A DNA stretch of 63,202 nucleotides, filler included, from Octopus bimaculoides (taxonomy: Eukaryota): NCBI RefSeq assembly GCF_001194135.2. It is 6 parts of 6 records of this genome, joined end to end, with 100 filler letters (N's around TTAATTAATTAA, not from the genome) between each part and the next. Parts side by side here need not be neighbours in the genome. Positions count along the whole stretch, not along the records: positions 1 to 31,048 come from NC_069010.1; 5 more parts are not named here. One strand, written 5' to 3'. The notes beneath the pieces are model-generated. The model saw only the letters and a program-made list of their open reading frames with translations. It had not been told where the DNA came from and did not search any database. The position numbers were made by a program, and so were the translations under genes. Shown here piece after piece: positions 12,346 through 24,951 of the stretch. Numbering within the stretch: position 1 is the stretch's first letter; each line of letters opens with the position of its first letter.

Positions 12346-12784
12346 CTGTACAAATATAAAATGACGACTTCCAATTTCAACACCTCATGTAATTGTAGAG
12401 TTTAAAATAACTCATATTAATGAAGCAGTATCTAAAAAAAAGTGAGAATGAATATACTTCTATACGTTTTTTTTTTAATTTTCTTGAAATGAGCATGAAT
12501 TTTTCAAACAAAATCTGCATAAATATATATTCCGTAATATAACCACCAACAGACACAAATACAAACATACATATTCACATACAATTATACATTTATACAC
12601 AAAATGTTAGACATTAATGCAGATACATACAGACACAAACAATCGTGGACACCTTCATACACTCAGACACGAAAATGGTAGCAGAATATAAGTTAGAGAT
12701 ACAGAGAGAGAAAGAAAGATGAGAAGACATTAAGTCCCAAGAAAATTTTCGTGAATGAAATATCAAAAAATTTAACCAACTTAC

Positions 12785-12856
12785 AATGACTTTAAATTTG
12801 GAAGATTTTCAAAGGCTCCGTGTGACATGGTAGTGATCTGATTGTTTCTAAGATCT
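12785..12856 (-). CDS. 72-nt LRR exon (cassette 2)
   Basis: ttcag|exon|gtaag, phase 2-2; hand translation DLRNNQITTMSHGAFENLPNLKS(L/F). Not in the ORF track. Confidence 0.88.
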
Positions 12857-13739
12857 CTGAAACATAAAACACAGTTCAAAAGAAAGATTGTTAAAAAGAT
12901 TTCTGATAAAATATTAAATCTTGTATCTTCAGAATCATATGAGGAAAAAGAGGACGATGAAGGAGAAAATGGCAGGGATGATGATGATGATGAGGGGGGG
13001 GGCGATGTTGACGGTAAATGTTGTAATAATGACGGTGAGGAGGAAAAGGGTGAGAATGATGACGATTATCATTGAAAACGACGAGAAAAGCTACTGATGA
13101 AATGGTGATGACGACATTAATTATTATGATGTTCATAACGACGGTGATGATGATCCTGAATGCTAGAAATGGCTGAGAAATTGGTGGCTGCGAAGATGGT
13201 ACAATTATTAAACAAATTGGAGGAATGATATTCCAGGTAAAATGTTAAAAATCGTCGAACATAAAAACATATCAACCAACTTAAAAACAAATTCAGGGAA
13301 AAATAGTCACAAGAAGTGAAATTCTCATGGAAGTATTGTACGACACATTTGAGGTACCAACACAGAAACAATTTGTAACTACACGTTCTAGCACCAGAAA
13401 ACGAAAAAGAACGGAAACACTGGAATTGAACCCTAAGCGTAAGAGATATTAAAATTCCGAGCGGAGTTTAATACTCAAGTGGAGAATTTAGGGGAGACTA
13501 ATTCTAAAAAGGAGAGATGTAGTGGAAAGATTCTGACAGCCTTATAACTGACTAAAAGTAGACACACACATTTCCATTAAATAGAGAACTGTCTAGTCGT
13601 AAGCAACTGATTGTGAACAATTTATTGGTAAGCATTTCCCTGTGATCCGTTGGCAGAGAGCTTCGAGTCTCGTGTGATAGTAATCGTATTGTGTCGTGCA
13701 TATAGTTTCTTTCTCCCTCTTCGTTAAATTATATACCCA

Positions 13740-14630
13740 ACATCAAGATATAAAATGTATTCAGCGCTAACATTATCACAACACGACGAACCTACATATT
13801 GTCAAAGGTCGCCCGCAGTACAATCAGTTGTACATTATTGATGCATCACAAAATGGAAGCTCTGCCTCACAGAGTGGAAGCATCAGAACTTACAATGCTT
13901 CCCTCAAACAATGGTTGTCATGTTGTGCAACAAGTAAATCCTTATGTTGAGTTATATAGGAACAGGCAATTAATTGAACAAGAGATTGAAAGTGTCAGGA
14001 GTGAAAATGTACAATTACGAAAGTGGGAACTACACTTCAGAATAAGGGTTGATATAAGGCGTTACAATTTTTCCACAAGCAATAAAATAGCTGCACCCTG
14101 ATAAACAGAGACATTCTTGTCTAATCGCATACACATCGTTCAATCTGGATCCAATGTGTTATCCACTTCTGTTCCCTCATCGCACTTTGAGATTCTATAT
14201 GTGCAGAAACACAGAACACCACTCGCATTCGGTTCACGATGCAACTGTTCCGTTACACAGACCAATTCAAAATGGTCTGTGTAACGGAACAGGACTGGCC
14301 CTCCATCAACACTCGATTGAAGCCTCAATAATAATTGGCACACTGATCAAGAGACGTATTCTCATTCCCAGGGTAAGGCTGGCACCGAGAGACCTAATAC
14401 CGTTCGCTTGACATTTTCAATGATTATCAATAAATTACAAAGGCAGACATTTGATAAAGTGGGGCTGTTCTCTCCTAAACCTGTGTTCAGCCATGGTCAG
14501 CTATATGTTGTTTCTCAAGGGCTCGCAAATTATCTGATCTGAAAGTTAAAGTTATCAACACTGACAAGCAAGAGAAAAGAAGAGAGAGAACTTACACGAA
14601 TAACAATCTGCAAAGAAGTATTGGATTAAA
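13740..14630 (+). mobile_element. Helitron deletion derivative (N-terminal region fused to helicase C-terminus)
   Basis: DIRRYNFSTSNKIAA and CYPLLFPH followed directly by NGLCNGT..ILIPRVRL and VFSHGQLYV. Confidence 0.85.
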
Positions 14631-14911
14631 AGGTATACACAAATAGAAATGTGTATTGGCTCTGACCCATCGCCTTGGCTTATGAGTTATCAACGATATG
14701 GTTTTCAGACGATGCCATGATTAAATTTTCACACCTGGGAAATAATGATCTCTATATTTACGTATAAAATAATTTTTTTGCTAGAATATTTTTGTTTTCT
14801 AGATATGAAATTGTGACCATGTAAATTTTACAATGTAATTTTTATCTCTTTATGGGGGAAATGGAAAAAAAAGAGTGAATATTCATTCTATTATTGCTGT
14901 GTATTACGAAA

Positions 14912-14981
<70 letters not shown>

Positions 14982-14982
14982 C

Positions 14983-15015
<33 letters not shown>

Positions 15016-15254
15016 AATGATGATGATGACGACGATCATGAATACGATGTTGAAGATTGTTATTATGATGAGGATGAGAAAGCGGATAAGAATGTTGATA
15101 TTGATATATTATCACTGACTACTCTAAGAATTCAGATGAAAAAGAAGAGGAAGAGAAGGAGGAGTAGAGCGAAATGAAAAATTCCTATAGATTACTCAAC
15201 AATAGATTAGTTCAACAAAGGTATTTTCTTTTCCGTTGATCTTTAGCCACTGAA

Positions 15255-15330
15255 GAACGAAGAGCAATTGCAACAGCTCAGAGAAGCGACTTTCGATTAT
15301 GATCCAGAAATTCATTATGCAGATGACAGG
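15255..15330 (+). mobile_element. Probable Helitron N-terminal fragment
   Basis: LREATFDYDPEIHYADD resembles the AAF.YDP..DY segment of animal Helitron proteins. Confidence 0.45.
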
Positions 15331-15530
15331 AAACCGCACAAATCATCTCCATTAGGCAGCCACTTCACCTGTTGGGTTCGGCCCACCATGCCCACCTTCA
15401 CACTTTCATCCTCCTTTCCTATCTCCGAACAAAAAATTGCGGCCATCTTCCACTCCGGATCCATCGACGGTGGGACTCTTCCCACCCCAACTCTGACAAT
15501 TCCTCTGTCTAAACTGTTTATTTTTATTTT
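15330..15530 (+). mobile_element. Possible Penelope-type endonuclease 3' end
   Basis: KPHKSSPLGSHF..IFHSGSI..G resembles a GIY-YIG C-terminus; weak. Confidence 0.35.
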
Positions 15531-15532
15531 CA

Positions 15533-15677
15533 AAATCAGTGAATACATTTCTAAATCAGTGAATACATTTCTAAATCAGTGAATACATTTCTAAATCAGT
15601 GAATACATTTCTAAATCAGTGAATACATTTCTAAATCAGTGAATACATTTCTAAATCAGTGAATACATTTCTAAATC
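15533..15677. repeat. Perfect 20-bp minisatellite (GAATACATTTCTAAATCAGT) x about 7
   Basis: Six identical full units at 15541-15660 plus partial units on both sides. Confidence 0.98.
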
Positions 15678-15842
15678 TCAATACTTTATCGTGTTACTAC
15701 CGTATAAATCTCTTGCCTTCGAAACGCAGAGGAGATGGAACAGGGACAACTGACGAAGGGTTATACTCTTTATGTTGCATGTCTCGTCTCTGCTTTTTTC
15801 GTTGTTCGAAAAAAGTTCGTTTTCTGTTTTCGTTTTTATGTT

Positions 15843-16380
15843 TTCCAATTTCAGCACCTCTTGCAATTATCAAGTTAAAAATAATTCATATTAATGAAGA
15901 AGTATCTAAAAAAAGTGAGAATTAATATATTTCTATACGTTCTTTTCTTTTTTTGAAGTGTGTATAAATTTTTCAAACGAGCTCTGCATAAATATATATT
16001 TCATAATACACCCACATTATAGACACAAATACAAACATACATATTTACATACAATCGTACACTTATAGACAAAATGTTAAACATTGATGCAGAGACATAC
16101 AGACACAAACAATCGTAGACACTTTCATACATATAACAACATGAAAATAGTAGCAGAATATAAGTTAGAGATATAGTGAGAAAAAGAAAGATGAGAAAGT
16201 ATTAAGTTCCTAGAAAAAATTCGTAAATAAAATAGTATCAAAACACTAAACCAACTTACATTTTCTGTAAACTTGGATGATTTTGAAAGACTCCTTGTGG
16301 GAGGGTCTTGATTTGATTTTGACGAAGATTTCTGAAACATAAAACACAGTTCAAAAGAAAAATTGTAAAAAAGTCTTCTG
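15843..16380 (-). repeat. Duplicated LRR cassette, copy 3 (partial, no LRRCT-like exon)
   Basis: Colinear with about 12370-12905. Confidence 0.85.
16260..16331 (-). CDS. 72-nt LRR exon (cassette 3)
   Basis: ttcag|exon|gtaag, phase 2-2; encodes NLRQNQIKTLPQGVFQNHPSLQK(I), one 24-aa extracellular LRR. Confidence 0.88.
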
Positions 16381-17400
16381 AATGAAATAGCTGTACCTTA
16401 AAAACAGAGACATTCTTGTTTATCCCTGGAATACATTTGCAGAGTGACTCGCATACACATTGTGCCATCTAGTTCTAATGAGTTATCCACTTCTATTCCC
16501 TCATGGAAAGTTCGGATGGCACTGTGAGATTCTACATGTGGCGAAACACAGAACATCCGCTCGCAATCGACTCACGATGCAATTGAGGGTTGCAAATTGC
16601 AGTACCTTGGGGACCATCAGGCACAGTTGTTCGTAGAGTGGGGCAATGGACTTATGGACTATCTGCAGAGAGGAGCTGATGAGAATGTTGAGCCAGGAGC
16701 AGTCCTCAGAATATGCATTAATATTATCAGGATGCAATGGCGATTGTAGCAAAGTATGGTAAACCTGATTTATTTGTCACGTATACATGCAACCCTAAGT
16801 GCCGTGAGATAGAAAATAATCTGAAGCGAAATGCGTCTTCTGGAACCCGACCAGATTTGGTTGCAAGAGTGTACAAGTTGCATCTCACCAAAGTTCTGAA
16901 GGATATAAAGGACGTAATTGATGTATTAATAGCTCATGCCCATATCATCGTGTTTCAAAAGAGAGGACTTCCAAACTGTCACATTCTGGTAGACAAAGTG
17001 TAGATCAGAGATTATGTAGATAGAATGGCATCAGCAGAAATTTCTCATTCAAATGATGGCCCCCGTCTTGCATAATTTAATTAAGAAATTCATGATACAT
17101 GGCCTTTGTATGGGGAATGGCGCTTGGGCCCAAAATGTTTCCCAAGAACTATAGAAATGAGACACTCCTAAATATTAATGGATATCCAGATTACAGGAGG
17201 CGCAATAATGGGATCACAGCACAAGTTGAATGCCACTCTGTTGACAGCAGGTATGTTGTTCCATACAATTCTTACCTGTTAAAGCAATTCCGAGCTCATA
17301 TTGATATGGAAGTTTGCTCCTCTGTAAAAAGTGCGAAGTACATCTGCAAGTATGTCTACAAAGGTCAAGATAGCGGTTTAGGTGAGGTAAGGAATGATGC
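16381..17400 (+). mobile_element. Helitron Rep (HUH endonuclease) region, degenerate
   Basis: YYQDAMAIVAKYGKPDLFVTYTCNP (motif 1), FQKRGLPNCHILV (motif 2), VVPYN..AHIDMEVCSSVKSAKYICKYVYKG (motif 3). Shares sequence with about 14085-14250. Confidence 0.93.
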
Positions 17401-17611
17401 GACGGCAAAAGGCAAGCAAATTCACAAAACCATGGTGAAATCATCAATTATTGGGTTGGCAACTAAGTTCCTGTTTTTTTTTTTATTTTGGAATTTATTG
17501 CATTTTAAAATTTTGGAATCTATTTTTTTCGAGAATTCTATTTTTGAATCATTTTGTAATCTATTTGTTTTTTTACCATTTAATTTTAGTTAATTTTTGT
17601 TTATTTTTCAG

Positions 17612-17940
17612 ATCATTAAAATGGAATGTCAAGCTAAGAAAAACGAGCATTTTCGACACCTCCTTCATTTTGCTTTTAATCAAGGTTCAAAGGCCGCAAA
17701 TGTTGCTCGCGACATTTGTTCTGTGTATGGAGAGGGTGCCATAGCTTAAAGAACCACTCGTGATTGGTGTACCAAGTTCAAAAAGGGTAATTTTGATCTT
17801 AAAGACGCACCTAGTTCTGGCCGTCCAGTTGAGTTCGATGAAGAGCGACTTAACCAACTTTTGCACGAAAATTCTCGTCAAACGACAAGGGAACTAGCAG
17901 AGAATATGGAATGCTCCCACACTGCTATAGAGAAGTATCT
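17612..17940 (+). mobile_element. Mariner transposase N-terminal fragment
   Basis: HFRHLLHFAFNQGSKAA..DICSVYGE..FKKGNFDLKDAPSSGRPVEFDEERL. Confidence 0.9.
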
Positions 17941-18109
17941 ATCTATCTAAAATCAACGAGCCACAATATCCGCTGACTTTCTTGCCCGTCACCGCTCAAC
18001 TAATGGACACGACTAATGTCGTAGAAATCATTCTCTTATTCCTCATCAACTATGTATGTATGCATGTATGTATGTATGTATGTATGTATGTCTGTATGTA
18101 TGTATGTAT

Positions 18110-18430
18110 GTAAGGTAGCAGCTCTCTCATCTAAGGCTAGGACCATGCACTGCAATAGCTTGGGATTCAAGTGCCCACAGCTATTTAACGCTTTGCTAAA
18201 ACATCTGAGGGATCTCAATGCAGTGAGGGTAGATGTTTTCAAAAACAATTTGACCTCTTACTATCCAAGATCCCAGATGAACCAATATCAAGGTAGGAAA
18301 CTCAAAAGTGGGCAGCAGTATCGAACTCTCTCCTTCACCAAACGCCAATTCTATAGAATGGGCCAATTAAAAGGTGATTACACTGACGGTGCCCCAGCAT
18401 GACCTCAGCATCAGGGCTAAAACATATAAA
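18110..18430 (+). mobile_element. CR1/L2-like LINE 3' end
   Basis: CNSLGFKCPQLFNALLKHLRDL..VDVFKN..LSKIPDEP; tail GGTGCCCCAGCATGACC followed by an A-rich end. Confidence 0.8.
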
Positions 18431-18432
18431 AT

Positions 18433-18484
<52 letters not shown>

Positions 18485-19229
18485 TAAATTATTTTATTCT
18501 TTTACGTATGAGCACCGACTTTAATCGAACAAATCGACCCCAGGACTTATTAATTATAAGCCTAGTACTTATTCTATCAATCTATTTTGTTGAACCGCTA
18601 GTTTACAGTGACGTAAATACATCATCGGTTGTCAAGAGATGGTTGGGGGACAAACAGACACAACAGATATACATATAAATACATATATATCTGTATGAAT
18701 GTATGTATGTGTGCGTGTNNNNNNNNNNNNNNNNNNNNNNNNNNNNNNNNNNNNNNNNNNNNNNNNNNNNNNNNNNNNNNNNNNNNNNNNNNNNNNNNNN
18801 NNNNNNNNNNNNNNNNNNNNNNNNNNNNNNNNNNNNNNNNNNNNNNNNNNNNNNNNNNNNNNNNNNNNNNNNNNNNNNNNNNNNNNNNNNNNNNNNNNNN
18901 NNNNNNNNNNNNNNNNNNNNNNNNNNNNNNNNNNNNNNNNNNNNNNNNNNNNNNNNNNNNNNNNNNNNNNNNNNNNNNNNNNNNNNNNNNNNNNNNNNNN
19001 NNNNNNNNNNNNNNNNNNNNNNNNNNNNNNNNNNNNNNNNNNNNNNNNNNNNNNTATATATATATATATATATATATTTACATACATATATGGAACAAAA
19101 AATCGGATTGTGGTGAAAACTAATATCAGAAGCCCCACACAAAACGAAGAAAATGCAACAACGAATGTGTGTGTGCTATCGCGAAAGTCTGCAAAGGCAT
19201 GTTCCGGACAACCCTCGGCAGTTTTAAGG

Positions 19230-19800
19230 TTATTACAGAAAGAGATGCTAAGGCCCACGTTGTTAGAAAATATCTTATTCTTTTTCTAATCTGTTAGATT
19301 GCGCGGTTGCTGGAATCCTAGATTGCGCCAGAGATAGGGAATTATTCCCGAAGTCTGTAAAGTAGGTAACAGCCTACAAGATCTATAACTTGTTCTGAGT
19401 CGCTTGACCCACTGGGATGTCAAAAAGGTTGGGGATGTCTTTATAGGCCCAAAATTTCCCGTCAAATTTTATATTTCGACTGGCGACCAAGATAATATCA
19501 ATATCGTCATGAGAGAAGGTAGCGTGTTCCATGGCAAAACTGAGGGCTTTATTGAGAAGGATAGGGGGTACATTCGAGTAACTTGGTCTCTATCGACCTG
19601 GATAAATTTGAAAGTATTTTTGAGCTCAAGGAATGAAACCTCTGGATGGCTTCAGTAGTTTTAGTCCACAGGTGTAGTGTAGATGCAGCATGCAGTTGAA
19701 GTATAATCCTGTCTAATGAAATCTTGCTAATCATACATATATCCGAACTGGAGGGGGAAATAAGGAGACGGAAAGGGTTCTCGGCAAACATTTACTTTAT
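19230..19800 (-). mobile_element. Penelope-like reverse transcriptase fragment
   Basis: PFRLLISPSSSDI..ISKISLDRI, LLNKALSFA..DIDIIL..LFDIP.G, QVIDLVGCYLL across frames. Confidence 0.7.
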
Positions 19801-20189
19801 TGTCTTTTACATTAATATGGAGTGAACGAGTTAAGGAAGGTTCGATCCTATCTTCTAATCCGAGTTTAAAAACGAGAGCACGATTCTTGATTTTGATGTC
19901 TTTCAGAGCGGAGACCGGTACAATACGGTAGTCCTCAGTAGTTGTTAGTGTATCAGCTCGCGGTATTTATCTAGACGAGCGATATAAAGGTTAGATAGAT
20001 AGATTGATAGATCGATAGATGATCTGGCTATGCTTGGATGCTGCAGGGAGCTTACCTCCATCGTCTGTAATAACAGAAGTGCTTTCTAGTGGGTATGAGT
20101 TGTTTTGACATTTATTTTTAGCAATAATTGTGCTGACTCATGCTCTTGTCACTTTAGGTTGTAAATGGCTAATAATTGCCACCCGTATT

Positions 20190-20252
<63 letters not shown>

Positions 20253-20600
20253 NNNNNNNNNNNNNNNNNNNNNNNNNNNNNNNNNNNNNNNNNNNNNNNN
20301 NNNNNNNNNNNNNNNNNNNNNNNNNNNNNNNNNNNNNNNNNNNNNNNNNNNNNNNNNNNNNNNNNNNNNNNNNNNNNNNNNNNNNNNNNNNNNNNNNNNN
20401 NNNNNNNNNNNNNNNNNNNNNNNNNNNNNNNNNNNNNNNNNNNNNNNNNNNNNNNNNNNNNNNNNNNNNNNNNNNNNNNNNNNNNNNNNNNNNNNNNNNN
20501 NNNNNNNNNNNNNNNNNNNNNNNNNNNNNNNNNNNNNNNNNNNNNNNNNNNNNNNNNNNNNNNNNNNNNNNNNNNNNNNNNNNNNNNNNNNNNNNNNNTA

Positions 20601-21843
20601 GGATATCGACAGGTGAAGCAGTACGACCGTTTCAAGCGGCTCCATTTAGTTGAACAATGCAATCATTACATCAATTTATTTTATTCCGCTTTCCTTCAGT
20701 TCCCAAATCTTGCTAGATAAGGACGTACAATTGGCTTTATGTTTGAGCCTAAAAGATGAAAAATGGTTATTAATACGTTTTTTCATACTTATCGAACGTC
20801 CTTACTATTCTCTCTATTTTCTTATTATTTTGTTTTCGTATTTTGATATCTTTACCTATTAACCTCTTATCTCTTATAAGTTGTTACTGTTCTTAAATAG
20901 AGATATATACTTTCTAGTTACTTAAGTCTATGAGATTTGATTATATTATATCCATAATAACGTATAAATATGTGTGTATATGTGCATGTGTGTACATAGA
21001 TAAATGCGTGTGTTTATCTGTACACAACATTTATTTTTCTGATTTTTTTGTGTGTTTCTTAGCTTATAATTTATGTATAGATAGCATGTTTTATTGCCTC
21101 AGTATTCCATAAATAAATACCTAGTGCAGTCTTTTTTAAAAACCACCTAATAAATAAGTACATGAATGAATATTAAACTAATTCTATGTAATCTTCCCTT
21201 TCTAATGTTGAAAATCGGTGTCTATACTAATTTTATCTATTTTGGTTATATCATTTTGATAATCTTAAATTTTATCTTTATACAACATAACAATATTGTT
21301 TATAAACAATCACCCATAATACCACATGATAAAATTTCCTCTGTATTAACATCATAGGTTTTATTAGCATTTCGCCCCTTTAACTGGTAATTAACATCTT
21401 GATTTTGGGTCTTCACGTATCCAGCCTCCTTTACAGACAGTTACTACTAAACTCTTGACAATATTTATGACCATACCCAGCTATGTCCTGTCAACTCATT
21501 CCTGCCCTCCATTCTAAACAGACGCAGTCCTCTAGTCTTAGGTTTAGTAGTTGGTAAAAAGACTAATAGATTAAAAATGAAACACAATACTTTACAAGCT
21601 ATGGCCCCAACAAAGTTCATACATTTCTTGAAATTGTAGTATATTCTTAGCTACATTAGTGGCAACAAGGATTTTTTTTCCATCTTCTTGCCCTATTTGA
21701 ATATTTGAGTAACATTATATTAATGTGACCGACTGATTGAAAATTCTATTCATTTATTTATGCAGCGGAAAATAGCTATGATTGCATTGTTAAATAAAAT
21801 GCAGCCGCTTGAAACAGTCGTACTGCATTACCTCTTGATATCC
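20601..21843. mobile_element. Unclassified DNA transposon with about 66-bp TIRs
   Basis: 20601-20666 versus reverse complement of 21778-21843: 57/66 identical by hand. Confidence 0.75.
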
Positions 21844-22121
21844 TGTTACTTATTTTGATTTTCTTCACCTTACTTTTTAATTCCTGATGTGACATAATAT
21901 GTCACATGTATTTGTATATTGTTATTANNNNNNNNNNNNNNNNNNNNNNNNNNNNNNNNNNNNNNNNNNNNNNNNNNNNNNNNNNNNNNNNNNNNNNNNN
22001 NNNNNNNNNNNNNNNNNNNNNNNNNNNNNNNNNNNNNNNNNNNNNNNNNNNNNNNNNNNNNNNNNNNNNNNNNNNNNNNNNNNNNNNNNNNNNNNNNNNN
22101 NNNNNNNNNNNNNNNNNNNNN

Positions 22122-22158
<37 letters not shown>

Positions 22159-22689
22159 TTACATAGATATAATGCTGCAAATAAACACACATGGGATTGA
22201 CATATAAAATATACCTAGATATACACATGTAGACATATATAGAGTTGCATTTATATAAAGATAGAGAGGGAGGGGGAGAGAGAGGAAAACGGAGAGAGAA
22301 TGACCGAGAAAGAAAAATTAAACTATTTAGTAGATCAACACTCGCTTAAAAGCATATAGATATTTATAGACTTGAAGATTAGAATAGCTTGGGGTAAAAA
22401 GAATACAGAAAACTAAGGAAAGGGAGCATGGTAATTCCGATCCTACAACCGTGTCTGGGGAGTCGGAATTACAAAACGTTTGTAATTTCGGCAGATGGAG
22501 TATGCTAGAAGTCAACGATGTGCAAGCATTAGTGAATGTATGTAGACATTACCGTAAACCCGGTCTCTGTTCTCGGAGTTAATTGAACGGCAACTAGTGG
22601 TGGTGGTCAATGAAAAGAGCTATTAGATTTCAGTTGATTAGGTTTAGTATAGAAATAGTATATGAGTATTCTAAAGTAGAGGAACAGCT

Positions 22690-23700
22690 AGTTAGAAGAG
22701 TAATGGCTAGTAGGGGCCGCAGCGAATGACGTACTCTCGAAAAGATTGGTTCTTGACCGATTCTTCATTACTAAGTACGCAAGCTGTGTTGTTGAAGCTA
22801 GGCATGAGAGAAGAAAAGTTACTCGATGGTCTCGGGAGGCGGAAGTACAACGCGGTAACAAGCCACAATTCGATCTTTGACCGATCGTGAGAGGCATGAG
22901 CTTCTCGATGTTTGGAGTGGCATACCTTGCCGACTTTGCGACTTTGCACAGTTCTCGACTGGGAATGCGGAGTTCTGATGAAATTCGTGAAGTGATGATG
23001 GGCTGTGTGAGAGAATCATTGCCGGAGCTAGATTGTTTTCTCTGCGAGATTTATTTCCATGTGCCAGATATGGTAGGTGTCTACTACAACTGGCATTTGA
23101 AAGGTAGAATCTTAGAAAAACTGTCATGGTTGTGTTGCTGAGAAAGGACCGGGACAAGGGAAGGGATTTTACCAACCTCACCCTCTGGTGGGTGAGGCAC
23201 AGACATGTACCATGCCAAATAGTTTCCACTCCCAGCAATACATCATAGAAAGTTTGGATAAAACCTAGCGGCGGAGCTCTGATCTATACTTGGCGGCTGA
23301 TTTTGTGTGTGACTTCAGAGGCAGGATCGCTTCAATATACAGCAACATTTACTCGGTAATGTGAGTAAATAGCCACCTGTTTTAATCATTCAGTATCATG
23401 CCACTGACCAGTCAAGAGAGACATTCCTTCGGCTTTTCTATGTATTGGCTCTAAAGGTACTACTGCAGACGTTGGAATTTCAAGCGGTATTAGGTATAGA
23501 GGGGCTGTTGCACGGACAGACCGGTTAAATTCCTTGGAGTTTCTTTTGATGTAGGCCTCACACAGGGAAAGACCTAGGAAGAGGTGACCTCCTCCCCAGA
23601 AATGGGTGGCGGGGAAACTATCCCTGAAAGACCCAGTGTTCGTCATCTCTTACTACCTGACTCTCACCCCTGACCATGGCCCACACAGTAAGAGAGGGCG
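22690..23700 (+). mobile_element. Degenerate L1/Tx1-like LINE RT fragments
   Basis: DEIREVMMGC..LPELDCFLCEIY.HVPD..YNW..GRI, VVLLRKDRDKG, later LYVLAL and KFLGV-like segments. Confidence 0.65.
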
Positions 23701-24951
23701 GGGTGATGGCCGGAAGGATGGATGCTGTATAAAATGTTATAAATCGATTTGATACTCTGATAACTTCCTCTTTATGTTTTTGTTCCATCATACATAAATC
23801 TATCTATCTTTCTGTATGTGTGTGTATCTGTCTGTCAATCTATCTGTTGGGTCGGTGCATAATTATTGCAGCTTTTTTTCAACAAATTTTATTCAACAAA
23901 AACAATAACAATAATTAACAAAAAACAAGCAATTCTGCTTCTTCCTCCGTCAGTTATTTACTTAGTGGGTCTGTAACACTTTCAGGAGATGAGTTAAAGG
24001 AAAAGGCGAAGAACGAGAGAAAATGAGGGAGAAAGAAACAGTAGAGAGAAAAAACACGTACGGTGAAAAGCGAGAGAAAAACAGGGTGAAAGACAAGGAG
24101 GGATAGAGAAAAAGAGGTCGAGAGAAAAATAAGAAGAAAAATGGGGAAAGAGAAGCGTTAATGACATGCAGTAGGTGGAACGTAGTATTTATTACGTGGT
24201 TATAACGTTAGTTGAAGGTTATGAAATAGGAATTTTAACAGATGTGTGATGTTCTGATGGTGAGATTGTAGTGAAATATATAGATAGCACAGTGTGTTTG
24301 ATGTGGCTGTATGTTCTGTTATCACAAGAGTTCATACAAAGATGGAAGAATAAATACAAGATCTATACATGTACTACATCAAAATATATTTAATTCTTCC
24401 TTTAGTTATAATACATAGAATCAAATTGTAGTAGCTAGTTGAACGAAGTAACCAATCTTATGCAAGAAAGTGCAGAGATGGGAAGTGGAAAACAACAGCG
24501 AAATGATGGCTCTCAGTCATATCGGTTATGAAACGTATAGGAATAAACGAACATAGTAACGATGTGAATGGCTCTAATCTTAGACTAAGAAGTGAAAATA
24601 TCGGTTAGTAAGCTGTTTTTATTAATGGAACGCTATACATTCTTGAAGCTTCCAAAGACATGCCAAGCTTCTTGAATAATTAAGAATTGAAATACGTGGT
24701 ATCGATGTTGCGAGAAACTAAGAAAAGGGAGGTTCCTCTATGAAATTTCCTGCGAGGGAGATCATTCAACTATCTATCTAAACCGCTACAAGAATAAAGA
24801 AAGGCAAAGAGAGATGATGACGATGATAGTGGTGGAGGTGGTGGTGGAGGTTGAGTGGATAATGGAGAGTGTAATGTTTTGAATTGAACTTAAGTTTTTT
24901 ATATCACCTATATATATATATAATTGTTAAAGAGGACAACAAACGTTAAGG

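Larger units (their letters stand above)
12085..13168 (-). repeat. Duplicated LRR cassette, copy 2
   Basis: Colinear with copies 1 and 3; the longest version. Confidence 0.85.

Noticed and set aside
12385-12432. 48-nt putative mini-exon conserved in cassettes 2 and 3
   Set aside because: Weak donor, only 38 nt to the next acceptor, in-frame stop in cassette 3, deleted in cassette 1.
15533-15677. CRISPR-like regular repeat
   Set aside because: Head-to-tail identical units with no spacers, no cas genes, eukaryotic context.
15710-15765. CTTCGAAACGC...CTGACGAAGG as a permuted hammerhead
   Set aside because: Stem II pairing would consume the conserved GA, and no convincing stem I/III could be drawn.
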